Positions 1-9,687 of a DNA stretch of 64,000 nucleotides are shown here, one piece after another (position 1 is the first letter of the stretch; the number at the start of each line of letters is the position of its first letter). Both the position numbers and the translations under genes were made by a program. The notes below the pieces were generated by a model that was not told where the DNA came from, did not search any database, and worked only from the letters and a program-made list of their open reading frames with translations. Where the stretch lies: the NCBI GenBank assembly GCA_965249005.1, contig CBDFLD010000011.1, positions 8,303-72,302 on the forward strand. Direction: 5' to 3'. Source of the DNA: Acidobacteriota bacterium (lineage in GTDB: Bacteria; Acidobacteriota; UBA6911).

Positions 1-689
1 TCGATGAGGTACACCGCCTTCACCCGGCGATCGAGGAGATTCTCTACCCGGCCATGGAAGACTTTTACATCGACATCATGATTGGAGAGGGACCTGCGGC
101 TCGTAGTATCAAGATGCCGCTTCCTCGCTTCACCCTTGTCGGCGCTACCACCCGGGCTGGATTGTTGACGGCGCCTCTGCGTGCCAGATTTGGGATCATC
201 CACCGCCTGGACTTCTACAACGAACGTGAGCTTTCGGTGATCATCCGGCAGTCTGCCTCTATTCTCAGCTCTGACATCGACGAGGAGGGAGCCGTCGAAA
301 TCGCCCGGCGTAGTCGCGGCACACCTAGAATCGCCAACCGCCTCTTGAGACGGGTGCGGGATTTCGCCGACGTGCGCGCCGACGGAAATATCACGCGCCC
401 TGTCGCCTCGGAAGCCTTATCCATGCTCGATGTGGACACCCGTGGTTTTGATGAGGTCGACCGCAAGCTCATGTTGACGATCCTGGAGCAATATCGAGGA
501 GGCCCGGTCGGGGTGGGGGCCCTTGCGGCGGCTATCAACGAGGAAACTGAAGCCATCGAGGATATCTACGAGCCGTACCTCATTCAAATCGGTTTCTTGA
601 ACCGTACCTCGAGAGGACGGGTCGCAACGCGCCTAGCCTTCGATTACTTCAAAATAGAGCCGGGGAAGACTCAAAAGGATTTGTTCTGA
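1..689 (+). CDS. ruvB: Holliday junction DNA helicase RuvB, 3' portion (5' end outside window)
   Basis: Frame is open from nt 3. [65 protein letters not shown]... is the RuvB Walker-B/sensor region, followed by the winged-helix C-terminus. Stop TGA at 687-689. Confidence 0.95.
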   Translation, partial: DEVHRLHPAIEEILYPAMEDFYIDIMIGEGPAARSIKMPLPRFTLVGATTRAGLLTAPLRARFGIIHRLDFYNERELSVIIRQSASILSSDIDEEGAVEIARRSRGTPRIANRLLRRVRDFADVRADGNITRPVASEALSMLDVDTRGFDEVDRKLMLTILEQYRGGPVGVGALAAAINEETEAIEDIYEPYLIQIGFLNRTSRGRVATRLAFDYFKIEPGKTQKDLF

Positions 690-722
690 CCGCTTTGTTG
701 CAACATTGGCAACGAAGCGGTC
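688..722 (+). terminator. Stem-loop directly after the ruvB stop (14-bp stem GACCGCTTTGTTGC / GCAACGAAGCGGTC, 7-nt loop)
   Basis: Inverted repeat read directly, with one G-U pair. No clear T-run follows, so terminator function is uncertain. Confidence 0.35.
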
Positions 723-868
723 GCATGGAGGATGAAGTACCTTTAAAAAAAGATTCTCAATGCGGGCAGGTGGCACGTTCAGTTGAAAATCTAGCAACTC
801 GCAAACGAATCTGATTTTTTCGCCTGTCACACGTCACTGTAATTTGCAGAACGGACTTCTGCACAGGG

Positions 869-3800
869 TTGATAATGAAAATACGACTACTCACGTTAGC
901 TCTCGTTGTTTTGACAACTATAAGTCCGTCCGAGGAATCGAGGTCCAGCTCGAACCAAGGGCGTGGTGTCTCCGGTTGGAAGATTCTTTCCGGTCCGGTG
1001 TCCCCGGTCAACTTGACCGGCCCGAAGAGGTATGCGGCGGTGGTGGATCCATCGCTTCGGCGCGCGATGGAAACGCTGTCGGCCCGCAACGGCCACGCCG
1101 TTCAGTATCGATTTTCCGGAAATCAGAGCCACCCGGTCCAAGTTCGAGGCTTTCGCTCCAGACGTTACAACGGTTCCGCAGAAACCCAGGCCCGTGCCTT
1201 TCTCCGGGAGCACCAAGACTTGGTAGGGACTTCGGGGTCGGAAGGTGAGTTGCTCCTACGCTCGATTCGCGAGAGCGCCACAGGCAACCATGTTCGCTTT
1301 CAGTCCGGTCATGAGGGAATACCGGTACACGGTTCCTTTGTATCCGTGCACCTCAATCACTCGGGTGAGGTCGTTATGGTGAACAATATTTCACCTGCCA
1401 GGCAGCCCGGCGATTTTGCGCGGCGCGTGGAAAGAATGCAAGCGGCGGGGATAACCGACCAGGAAGCAATTTCTCGAGCCATGTCGGCCGTTGGCGTCCG
1501 GAGCCTGCGACTACCACCGGAAGCGGTCCGGGTAGTTGTGGCCGCGCCGGACCAGGCCCGTGCAGACTCTGTGTTTTCAGCAGCCTGGAAGATACAGCTT
1601 GCCGCCGCCGATCCCCTGGGGGATTGGCAGATTGTAGTCGACGGCGAGACTGGTGCGGTAATCGAAGAACAGAACCTGATGCGCTTCGCCAATGGCAGGG
1701 GACGGGTCTTCGAGCCAAACCCGGTTGTATCGAACCGCGATCCTCTCCTGCGCGACAACAACGACAGCGATGCGGCGATTCCCGCCCAGTCGTATTTCAC
1801 GCGTGACTTGCCGGACTTGGATGACTCCGGGACGTTGACCGGGCCGTACGCAAACACGAGCCTCACGGCGAACCGGGCCGTGCAGCCCAACCTGATCTTC
1901 GAATACACGCGCTCGGACCCTCGATTCGAGGAAGTCAACGCCTACTATCACGTCGATTCGATGCAGCGGTACATCCAGTCCTTGGGTTTCTCGAGTTTGG
2001 TCCGACGATCGGTTCCCATGAACGTTCACGCGCAAATGGATGCGGACGATCGATCTCTTGGAGACGCGTCCTACTACTCTCCGTTCGACGGCGGCCTCCA
2101 CTTCAGCGATGGAGGCGTCGACAACGCCGAAGACGGAGAGATTGTGGCGCACGAGTACGCGCACGCCATGATATACGACCAGATCCCCAACGTCGGGACC
2201 GGGGGTGAAACCGCGGCTTTGCTGGAGGGATTCGCGGACTTCTGGGCGGCCTCATATTTCTCTGCTGTCAGTCAGGGTCACCAGGATACGTGCATCGCTG
2301 ACTGGGACGCGGTCGAGTACAGTCCGGAGTTTCCTAATTGCCGGACACGTGTGGATCGGCAACGGCACTATCCCGAGGATCTCGAGAACGAACCTCATCG
2401 CGATGGCGAGATCTGGAGCTCGACTCTGTGGCAGATATACCAGGTACTGGGGAGGGAGTTGACCAACCTCCTTGTGCTCGAGTCCAATTACCTGCTCAGT
2501 CCAGCCGCAGATTTTCGAGAAGCAGCCAACGCAGTCCTCGAGGTGGATACAGCTCTCTACGGAGGGATGCACGTTCCCTTTCTGAGGCAGACCTTTCAGG
2601 GCCGCGGTATCTTGAGCAGTCAAGACAATGCCTCCGTTCCACTATTCTCGGACAGGCCAAAGACCGGGTCCATCGCCAGCGGAGCCGGAACGGGCGGAAC
2701 TTTCGCTCCGGTTCAGTACGCGATAGTGATTTCGTCCTCGGTGGCATCCGTGCGATTCGACCTGGACACAGACGATCCCGTCGACATCGACCTTTTCGTG
2801 AGACGCAATGACGCGGTCGCCGTGGGCGGCGACGGCGTCATCGTCGCCGATGCACGAGCCCAGTCGGCGCTCGGAACGGAAGTGATCGTCCTATCAGACA
2901 AGTCGTCGCCGATCCTGCGTCCAGGAGTCTACTATGTGGCCATAGTGAACTTCTCGACCTCGGCGGCAAGCTATGACATAAGCGCCACCGCCGTCCAGGC
3001 GAATCCCGTGGATGGGGAGTTTCCGCAATCCGGCGAACTGGTGACGCGGACGATTCCGGCCTCGCCCGACGGCTCGCTGCAGTTGGACCCCGTCCAGTTC
3101 GCCTTCGTGACCAGCACCGATTCAGCTCTGCTGCAGGTGGATTTAGTCGCCAGCAGGCCGACGGAGATACAACTCTACGGACGATTCGGCGGCAAGGTGC
3201 TGCAATCAAGTTCGGGTGGCATCGTTGCGGACCTCGTAGGCGAAAGCCTCGGCGGTGAGGAACACTTCTTGATCACGCGAGCCTCCGTGCCGGCGCTTCG
3301 TACGGGAGAGTACTTCTTCGTCGTCGGCAGTTCCGAGCCCGAGCCAGTCGAATTTACTCTGAGGATTACCGCATCCACCACCTCTCTGTCCGACAAGCTT
3401 TATTTCCCGTTCTACATCAACGGAAGAGAACCCTCACTGGGGAGCAGTTCGTTTTTCATCGGGTTGGCGATTCTCAACGATTCGGACGAGATCGCCATCG
3501 CAAACTTCGAGCTTCTCGGCCCCGATGGCAAGAGAATAACGGATCCGGTGCAGCGCCTTCTGCTGGTCGGCGAGCAGATCCCCGTGACGGTGAATCAGCT
3601 CTTCGGCCTGCCGGACGACCACGACCTGAGAGGATGGGTGGAAGTATCGAGTAACGTAGCGCTGAAAGGTTTCTTCTTGCTATTCGACTCTGATTTCTCA
3701 CAGGTGATGGATGGAGCGGACGTCTCCGACAAGACGTCGACAACCCTGGTCTTTCCCCATGTGGAGCGTCACGGAGAAGAATTCAATACGGTCATCTCAC

Positions 3801-4732
3801 TGTGTAATCCTGGGGACGTAGCCGCAACCGCCACCTACCAGGAGTTCAACCCGGCGGGCCAGAAGGTGTTTTCGGAGGTGATTGTAGTACCGGCGAGAGG
3901 GTCATTCATAGGTGGAACGACAGGATTTGACCGCACGTCGGGATTCATCAAGGTCACTTCGGATGCGCCGCTCGCAGGGGTAGAAGTGTTCGGCAACGAC
4001 CAGGAACTGGCCGCACTGAAAGCAGTGCCTCCTGGGACGAGCAACACGTTGTTTTATCCCCATTTCGTCATCAATCGCGGCTACGACACTCTGTTCTCGC
4101 TCTCAAACCCAACGGATCTAGTGGGACAGGTATTTCTCCTGGCATTCCGCGAGGACGGAGACCTGCTCGTCCAGATAACGAAGGACATGGGTCCCAATTC
4201 TCAGGTTGTCGCGCCGATCAACTCCCTCTTTGGTATCGAGCCGGATGACCTGGTTCAAGTAGGGTTTATCAAGATCCAATCGAACATTGTGAAAGAGCTG
4301 GTCGGATTTGCGAAAATCAACTTCACGGAAGGAGACATCACCTCCACGGCCGCAATCCCGGCCTCGAACAGCCCACAAAAGACTTTGACCTTCTCTCACG
4401 TCGCCAATGACGTTCCATCGGGCAGAAGCGGAGAGGGATCGCTGTACACGACCGGCATCACCCTCATGTCGGACGATACGGACGCAAGTTATGATGTGAT
4501 TGTGTTCGACAACAAGGGGAATCGCCTGATACAGAGCAATCCCTTCTTGCTGCCGAAAGGGAAAAAAGTCTCTAAGGTATTGGCAGGCTCGGACTTAACC
4601 CAAGCCTTCATCAGCCAAGCCATCGTGGCCGGATCGGGTTACGTCAAGGTGCGCTCCAACATTCCTATCTATGGATTCGAGCTCTTTTTCACAAGGGACT
4701 TGACCCTGAATTCGGCAGTGCCTCCACAGTAA
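869..4732 (+). CDS. Secreted multidomain zinc metalloprotease, M36 (fungalysin)-like, with propeptide, two PPC-like domains and four C-terminal repeat modules
   Basis: Signal-peptide-like N-terminus MIMKIRLLTLALVVLTTISPS. FTP/PepSY-like propeptide (ARAFLREHQDLVG...HVRFQSGHEGIPVHGSFVSVHL). Zinc site VAHEYAHAM ... LLEGFADFW resembles the M36 HEYTHG...EGWSD. PPC-like segments DIDLFVRRND and EIQLYGRFGG. Four ~100-115-aa modules start at nt 3398, 3746, 4049 and 4385. Confidence 0.85.
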   Translation: MIMKIRLLTLALVVLTTISPSEESRSSSNQGRGVSGWKILSGPVSPVNLTGPKRYAAVVDPSLRRAMETLSARNGHAVQYRFSGNQSHPVQVRGFRSRRYNGSAETQARAFLREHQDLVGTSGSEGELLLRSIRESATGNHVRFQSGHEGIPVHGSFVSVHLNHSGEVVMVNNISPARQPGDFARRVERMQAAGITDQEAISRAMSAVGVRSLRLPPEAVRVVVAAPDQARADSVFSAAWKIQLAAADPLGDWQIVVDGETGAVIEEQNLMRFANGRGRVFEPNPVVSNRDPLLRDNNDSDAAIPAQSYFTRDLPDLDDSGTLTGPYANTSLTANRAVQPNLIFEYTRSDPRFEEVNAYYHVDSMQRYIQSLGFSSLVRRSVPMNVHAQMDADDRSLGDASYYSPFDGGLHFSDGGVDNAEDGEIVAHEYAHAMIYDQIPNVGTGGETAALLEGFADFWAASYFSAVSQGHQDTCIADWDAVEYSPEFPNCRTRVDRQRHYPEDLENEPHRDGEIWSSTLWQIYQVLGRELTNLLVLESNYLLSPAADFREAANAVLEVDTALYGGMHVPFLRQTFQGRGILSSQDNASVPLFSDRPKTGSIASGAGTGGTFAPVQYAIVISSSVASVRFDLDTDDPVDIDLFVRRNDAVAVGGDGVIVADARAQSALGTEVIVLSDKSSPILRPGVYYVAIVNFSTSAASYDISATAVQANPVDGEFPQSGELVTRTIPASPDGSLQLDPVQFAFVTSTDSALLQVDLVASRPTEIQLYGRFGGKVLQSSSGGIVADLVGESLGGEEHFLITRASVPALRTGEYFFVVGSSEPEPVEFTLRITASTTSLSDKLYFPFYINGREPSLGSSSFFIGLAILNDSDEIAIANFELLGPDGKRITDPVQRLLLVGEQIPVTVNQLFGLPDDHDLRGWVEVSSNVALKGFFLLFDSDFSQVMDGADVSDKTSTTLVFPHVERHGEEFNTVISLCNPGDVAATATYQEFNPAGQKVFSEVIVVPARGSFIGGTTGFDRTSGFIKVTSDAPLAGVEVFGNDQELAALKAVPPGTSNTLFYPHFVINRGYDTLFSLSNPTDLVGQVFLLAFREDGDLLVQITKDMGPNSQVVAPINSLFGIEPDDLVQVGFIKIQSNIVKELVGFAKINFTEGDITSTAAIPASNSPQKTLTFSHVANDVPSGRSGEGSLYTTGITLMSDDTDASYDVIVFDNKGNRLIQSNPFLLPKGKKVSKVLAGSDLTQAFISQAIVAGSGYVKVRSNIPIYGFELFFTRDLTLNSAVPPQ

Positions 4733-4988
4733 CGGGCGGTCCCTCCCCACGGACGGCGCCTCCACAGTAACGGGTGCTGCCTCGACGTTAACGGGATATC
4801 TCCCAGCTACCGATGAAGCCCTTGTACCCACAGGATTGAATTTGCCTTTTGGGTCCACAGGGGACCTTGGACTGACGGTTCCCGATCCGACAGGCCGGGT
4901 GCGCCAGCCCGATAGACGCCAGGAGTCTGTGCCGGGATTTGTTCGACGAGCCACCGCTGGAGGAACTTTGGCAACCGAATGCGTGGCT

Positions 4989-5924
4989 ATGGATCGAAAG
5001 ATCCATAGCCTTGAAAAACCGATCGAGGGAATCGTCCTCGGAAAACCCGAGGCTGTGCGTTTCGCTTTGGTGTGTCTGCTGGCCGACGGGCATCTGTTGA
5101 TCGAGGATGTTCCCGGAGTTGGAAAGACAACCCTCGCGCAGGCAATCGCCCGTGCCTTTTCCTGCTCATTCCATCGAATTCAATTCACCAGCGATCTGCT
5201 TCCCTCCGACATACTTGGTGTGTCGATATACAATCATCAGGAGCAGAGATTCGATCACCGCCCCGGACCGATTTTTGCAAATGTCGTCTTGGCGGACGAA
5301 ATCAACCGAACGACGCCCAAGACACAAAGCGCGCTCCTGGAAGTCATGAGTGAGGGCAGCGTCAGTGTCGACAACAGAACTCATGTGTCGCCAAGGCCCT
5401 TCATGGTGATTGCAACACAGAATCCGATTGAGCACCACGGCACCTATCCTTTACCGGAATCACAGCTCGACCGGTTCTTGCTACGTCTGCGCATGGGGTA
5501 TCCGACACTCGATGTCGAAAAGGCAATCCTACGACGACAGCATCACCGCCCAGATCTGGAGAATGTACAAAGCACGCTGACCGCAGAGGATATCGTCGAA
5601 GCGCAAGCCGAAGTCGCAGGGGTTCACGTCGAGGAAGCTCTCATCGATTATCTGATGGCAATCGTGGATGCTACCAGGCAATCCGAGTACCTGGCCCAGG
5701 GAGTCAGCCCGAGGGGCGCCCTAGCTCTGCAGCGAGCCGCGAGAGCGCTCGCCTATTATGAAGGTCGCGACTATTGCATCCCCGATGACATCAAGAGACT
5801 CGCCGTCTCGGTTCTCGCCCATCGGGTGATCGTGAGCTCCAAGTACGCTTCACTCCAGAAACGGAACGAGGAGGCGGAAACAGTTGTTGCTGAAATCGTC
5901 CGCAGCATCAGAATTCCAATTTAG
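4989..5924 (+). CDS. MoxR-family AAA+ ATPase
   Basis: GKPEAVRFALVCLLADGHLLIEDVPGVGKTTLAQAIARAF (Walker A) and VVLADEINRTTPKTQSALLEVM (Walker B) match the MoxR/AAA_3 family. ATG 4989 is chosen because conserved sequence begins there. The ORF-track start at 4836 adds 51 non-conserved residues. Confidence 0.9.
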   Translation: MDRKIHSLEKPIEGIVLGKPEAVRFALVCLLADGHLLIEDVPGVGKTTLAQAIARAFSCSFHRIQFTSDLLPSDILGVSIYNHQEQRFDHRPGPIFANVVLADEINRTTPKTQSALLEVMSEGSVSVDNRTHVSPRPFMVIATQNPIEHHGTYPLPESQLDRFLLRLRMGYPTLDVEKAILRRQHHRPDLENVQSTLTAEDIVEAQAEVAGVHVEEALIDYLMAIVDATRQSEYLAQGVSPRGALALQRAARALAYYEGRDYCIPDDIKRLAVSVLAHRVIVSSKYASLQKRNEEAETVVAEIVRSIRIPI

Positions 5925-7383
5925 CGGGCCTCCGGCGGTTCCTACAAAATCAATCAGACGGCATTGGGGCGTTGCTTTGGCCTACCTTCTCCTTGCCGTC
6001 GGACTCGCAATCGGCTCGCACTTCGCCGTATATCAAGGCCGGCCCCGCGAGGGGATTCTATTCTCGCTGCTGTCACTCGCCGTCGCTGCTGTCGCCGCTT
6101 GGTCCTTGATCCGCACGGCACGAAAAACGCGTCTGCTTCATTCCCTTGGAGCGTATTCCTTCGGCATCACACGACAGGGCTGGGCGTATCTGTTGGGAGT
6201 TCTGCTGCTCGGGCTCGCGGCCTTGAACACGGGGCAGAATCTTTTGTACCTCATCCTCGCTGCGCTCCTAGCGGCAATCATCACGTCCGGTATTGCGTCA
6301 CGGCTGTCCCTGCGCGGTCTCGATCTTTCGCTCCAGGTTCCCGAGTACATCTTCGAAAATGAGCTGATTCCCATAAAAGTGTCTCTTCAAAACGGCAAGG
6401 GGTTCCTGCCCTCATTCTCCCTACTTGTGGAAGACACACAGTCACAGCCGTCCCCCGCACGGTCCGCCCAACAGTTACTGTCCCGTGGGAGTCGCTTCGG
6501 AGGAGGGACTCGCGACCAGAACGGAGAGCCTGGGGAGGGCGGCGGATCCTCGAAAAAGGGGGCCGCACCGCGATCCAACAGAACCGTTTATTTCCCATGG
6601 ATCTCGGCTGGAGAGGTTCGATCGGAGCCGACCAATAGGCGCTTCACTCAAAGAGGCCAGTATCCGTTAAGAGGACTGCGCATCTCGACCTGCTTTCCGT
6701 TCGGGCTCTTTCGTCGCGGGCGCAACATCCCGTCAAATAAAGACGTCATTGTATTTCCACGAATTAGACGAGGGGTGTCCATGTCGGACCTGCTGCAATT
6801 GCTCCCCGGCTTCGCGGAGGGGACGCGCCCAGGGTCCGGCGAGAATCTATATTCACTTCGAAAATACGTCGAAGGCGAGTGTTCCCGTTTCATGGATTGG
6901 AAAGCAACCGCCAAGACGGGGGAATTGATGGTTCGGCAGTACGCGCACAATGACTCGAACAAGCTAGCCTTGATCCTCGATACCTTCCTGCCAGTTGCCG
7001 AATCCGACATTCCGGGAAAATGGGCCGGGAGGTTCGAGGAAGCGGTTTCGGCAACGGCCAGCCTCGCGGTACACTTCGCAGCCCAAGGGGTAAAGCTCGA
7101 GCTACTGTCGCAGCAGGGACATGTTTCGGGTACCGCAGGCGAGGATCCGTTGTTGCAGATCTTGCGCTTTCTCGCGCTCGTGCGATGCCGGGCAAGGTCT
7201 GAAAAAAAAGCGGACCTACGGACAGAGCTGGAGGGAGCCCTGGAAGGCACCATGGACCCATCCGATCTGCTCGAAACCCTCTCGAGCCGGGTCTACAAGA
7301 TCGTCCTCACCTCGAAACACCGCGGCAGCTTCCCTGCCACTACCTGGCGTTCGGCGCACGTTTTGTACTTTGAAGACCTATGA
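5884..7383 (+). CDS. DUF58 domain membrane protein (MoxR partner)
   Basis: FMDWKATAKTGELMVRQYAHND matches the DUF58 signature. Hydrophobic helices near the N-terminus. Position after moxR matches the known MoxR-DUF58 pairing. The TTG start at 5884 overlaps moxR by 41 nt, so the true start may be later (for example TTG 5977). Confidence 0.8.
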   Translation: MLLKSSAASEFQFSGPPAVPTKSIRRHWGVALAYLLLAVGLAIGSHFAVYQGRPREGILFSLLSLAVAAVAAWSLIRTARKTRLLHSLGAYSFGITRQGWAYLLGVLLLGLAALNTGQNLLYLILAALLAAIITSGIASRLSLRGLDLSLQVPEYIFENELIPIKVSLQNGKGFLPSFSLLVEDTQSQPSPARSAQQLLSRGSRFGGGTRDQNGEPGEGGGSSKKGAAPRSNRTVYFPWISAGEVRSEPTNRRFTQRGQYPLRGLRISTCFPFGLFRRGRNIPSNKDVIVFPRIRRGVSMSDLLQLLPGFAEGTRPGSGENLYSLRKYVEGECSRFMDWKATAKTGELMVRQYAHNDSNKLALILDTFLPVAESDIPGKWAGRFEEAVSATASLAVHFAAQGVKLELLSQQGHVSGTAGEDPLLQILRFLALVRCRARSEKKADLRTELEGALEGTMDPSDLLETLSSRVYKIVLTSKHRGSFPATTWRSAHVLYFEDL

Positions 7384-9533
7384 GCTTCGACCGATACTTC
7401 AAACTCTCATCCTATACTCTGATCGCTTCCGGCTATGTGGCCATGGCGGCCACAGGTGTTCTCGACCTATTCTCCGTCGTGGCGTTCGGGCTGGGGTTGG
7501 TCGCAAGTTGGCATCTGGACCCCAAGAAGATCAAACAGCGGCTTCCCGGATGGGCACTGAACGGAATACTCCTGGCGTACGTTCCGCTGTATCTACTGGA
7601 TTACCTCGCGGGCTCTGGGTCGTTCATTCTGGCAACGATCCACCTCACCCTCTTCGTCGCCCTGATCAAGCTTTTCACCGCGACCACCGACAGGGACTAC
7701 CGCTACTTGTACCTGATCAGCTTCGCCGAGTTACTGGCGGCAGCCACTCTCACCATCGATATCACATTCGTTGCATGCGTCATTCTGTTTTTCCTCTCTG
7801 GATCCAGCACACTTGTCCTGTTCGAAATGAAGCAAGCCGACGCCCGGGCTGCCGGGCGATCGGTGAAAGGGCACGCGCCTACGGACTTGCATGATCCCAC
7901 AACAACGCTCATCACCGGCTTCTCGGGACGGCGCTTGTTCTGGACCAGCCTGTTCCTCACGCTTGGAGTGCTACTGATTTCGATTCCGATCTTCTTCCTC
8001 ATACCCCGGGTGGCGTTGGGCGTCTATGGTCGTCCCTCCGGTCAGACTCAACTCCTGAGCGGATTCTCGGAGGAAGTGCACCTCGGCACCATTGGCACCA
8101 TCAAGAAGTCCGATGCTCTCGTGATGCACGTCAAGCTGAGTTCCGTTGTCCAGCAGCGAGCGTCCGAGCTCAAGTGGAGAGGAGTCGCGCTGGATCACTA
8201 TGACGGAAAAAGTTGGTCTAGAAGCGCAAATCCTCTTGCTGTCACCAAGGACGGGCCCTGGTTCAACCTGGGGTTCGAGCAGGCTCCGCCCATTTCAGGC
8301 GCATTCGAGCAGACTTTCTATCTGGAGGCTCTCTCGACAAACGTCGTTTTTGCAGCACCCCACGCGGTCGCCGTTTCGCGTGATTTGAACCTGCTTCGCC
8401 GGGACCTTCTGGGTAATCTGTTCACGGCTCCCCATCCATTTCACAAGATTCGGTACACGGTGCTATCACAAAAGGACGCCCCGAGACAGCCGGAACAGCT
8501 ACGCGGCCGTTATCTTCAGGTTCCCGACCTGGACCCGCGAATTGCACAGCTGGCCAATCGGGTGGTCCAGGATTGCAGAGACGAAGATGAAGTGGCCGGT
8601 TCCCTCGAGTCGTTTCTGAGGAACAACTACCAATATAGCCTGGAGCTGCCAACCGGACGGCCGGGCGCGGATCCGCTCGCGACCTTTCTGTTCGAGGCTC
8701 GCCGGGGACATTGCGAGTACTTTGCGTCGGCCATGGCCGTCATGTCGAGGCTACAAGGGCTGCCGACGCGCCTAGTCAACGGGTTCCGCTCCGGAGAGTA
8801 CAATCCTTTGGGTCAGGTCTGGTCCGTACGCCAGTACGACGCCCACAGCTGGGTCGAGGTGCATCTACCCGATGCTGGATGGGTGGAATTCGATCCGACG
8901 CCTCCGGACCCGCAACAACGAAGATCGGCCATCACCAGGACACTCTCACAGCTATTGGAAGCTCTCGACCTCTGGTGGAGCGAACAGATCATCCACTACT
9001 CCTCGTGGAAGCAGATTCGACTCCTCCGGGGTATTCGAACCGAGATCGCCGCCGGGGTACGATCTCTTCGCAACGCGGTGCACCTTTTCTTCGACCGTGG
9101 ATTCTCCGCGGCCTCCGAATACACTCTTGCCGACTGGCTCTGGAAGGTGGCGGCTCCACTAGCAGCGATCGCCGGCGTCGTGTTTGCAATCGCCTTGCTA
9201 TGGAAGCGGCGCGCTGAGTGGCTCCGTCGTCTCTCCCTCAGAGCAAACCACACGATCTTTCGAAAGGACCAGGGCACGTTGATCTCGAACATATACGAAG
9301 AAGCACTGTCACTCTTGAAGTCCCACGGGCACAATCGGACCGAGGCTCAGACACCGCTGGAGTTCGTGACAGCTCTGGGCGGCCATCCGGTGCGGGCTCC
9401 ACTCTCTGAGCTGACCGATACATACAACCGAATCCGCTTCAGCGCAAAACCAGCGCTCGACGACGTCGGCAGAGCCCGAACCCAGTTGAAGTCCCTGCGG
9501 CAAGCCCTAAGAGAAGGCGTGCGTCCTTCCTGA
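7380..9533 (+). CDS. Transglutaminase-like polytopic membrane protein (TgpA-like: N-terminal TM block + transglutaminase core + C-terminal TM/DUF4129-like tail)
   Basis: RRGHCEYFASAMAVMSRLQGLPTRLVNGF ... DAHSWVEVHLPDAGWVEFDPTP gives the Cys-His-Asp transglutaminase core. Several N-terminal TM helices. ATGA overlap with the DUF58 gene stop. Confidence 0.85.
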   Translation: MSFDRYFKLSSYTLIASGYVAMAATGVLDLFSVVAFGLGLVASWHLDPKKIKQRLPGWALNGILLAYVPLYLLDYLAGSGSFILATIHLTLFVALIKLFTATTDRDYRYLYLISFAELLAAATLTIDITFVACVILFFLSGSSTLVLFEMKQADARAAGRSVKGHAPTDLHDPTTTLITGFSGRRLFWTSLFLTLGVLLISIPIFFLIPRVALGVYGRPSGQTQLLSGFSEEVHLGTIGTIKKSDALVMHVKLSSVVQQRASELKWRGVALDHYDGKSWSRSANPLAVTKDGPWFNLGFEQAPPISGAFEQTFYLEALSTNVVFAAPHAVAVSRDLNLLRRDLLGNLFTAPHPFHKIRYTVLSQKDAPRQPEQLRGRYLQVPDLDPRIAQLANRVVQDCRDEDEVAGSLESFLRNNYQYSLELPTGRPGADPLATFLFEARRGHCEYFASAMAVMSRLQGLPTRLVNGFRSGEYNPLGQVWSVRQYDAHSWVEVHLPDAGWVEFDPTPPDPQQRRSAITRTLSQLLEALDLWWSEQIIHYSSWKQIRLLRGIRTEIAAGVRSLRNAVHLFFDRGFSAASEYTLADWLWKVAAPLAAIAGVVFAIALLWKRRAEWLRRLSLRANHTIFRKDQGTLISNIYEEALSLLKSHGHNRTEAQTPLEFVTALGGHPVRAPLSELTDTYNRIRFSAKPALDDVGRARTQLKSLRQALREGVRPS

Positions 9534-9687
9534 GACAGGCGGACCCGGGATGAATCAGCCCGGCATGAATCCGTGGGTTAGTTTCATCACGCCCCTCCCG
9601 GGCGCGCCTTATTCTCGAAACCTGGCCAATTTGGAGCTTCCGGGCTATCCACGTCTAGGTTACTATTGATGCGGCGTTTCCTTTTTT

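Noticed and set aside
771-786. Sigma-54-like TGGCACG upstream of the protease gene
   Set aside because: The -24 element is perfect, but the -12 region reads GTTGA, with the TTG shifted by one position and no GC dinucleotide at GG+10. This is below what I would accept without experimental support.
4836-4988. N-terminal extension of MoxR in the ORF track, and similar extensions at 11047, 11651, 12727, 50987, 57685, 59501 and 59964
   Set aside because: The extensions are non-conserved or overlap the preceding gene. In each case an internal ATG coincides with the start of family homology and often forms an ATGA/TGATG junction with the upstream stop.
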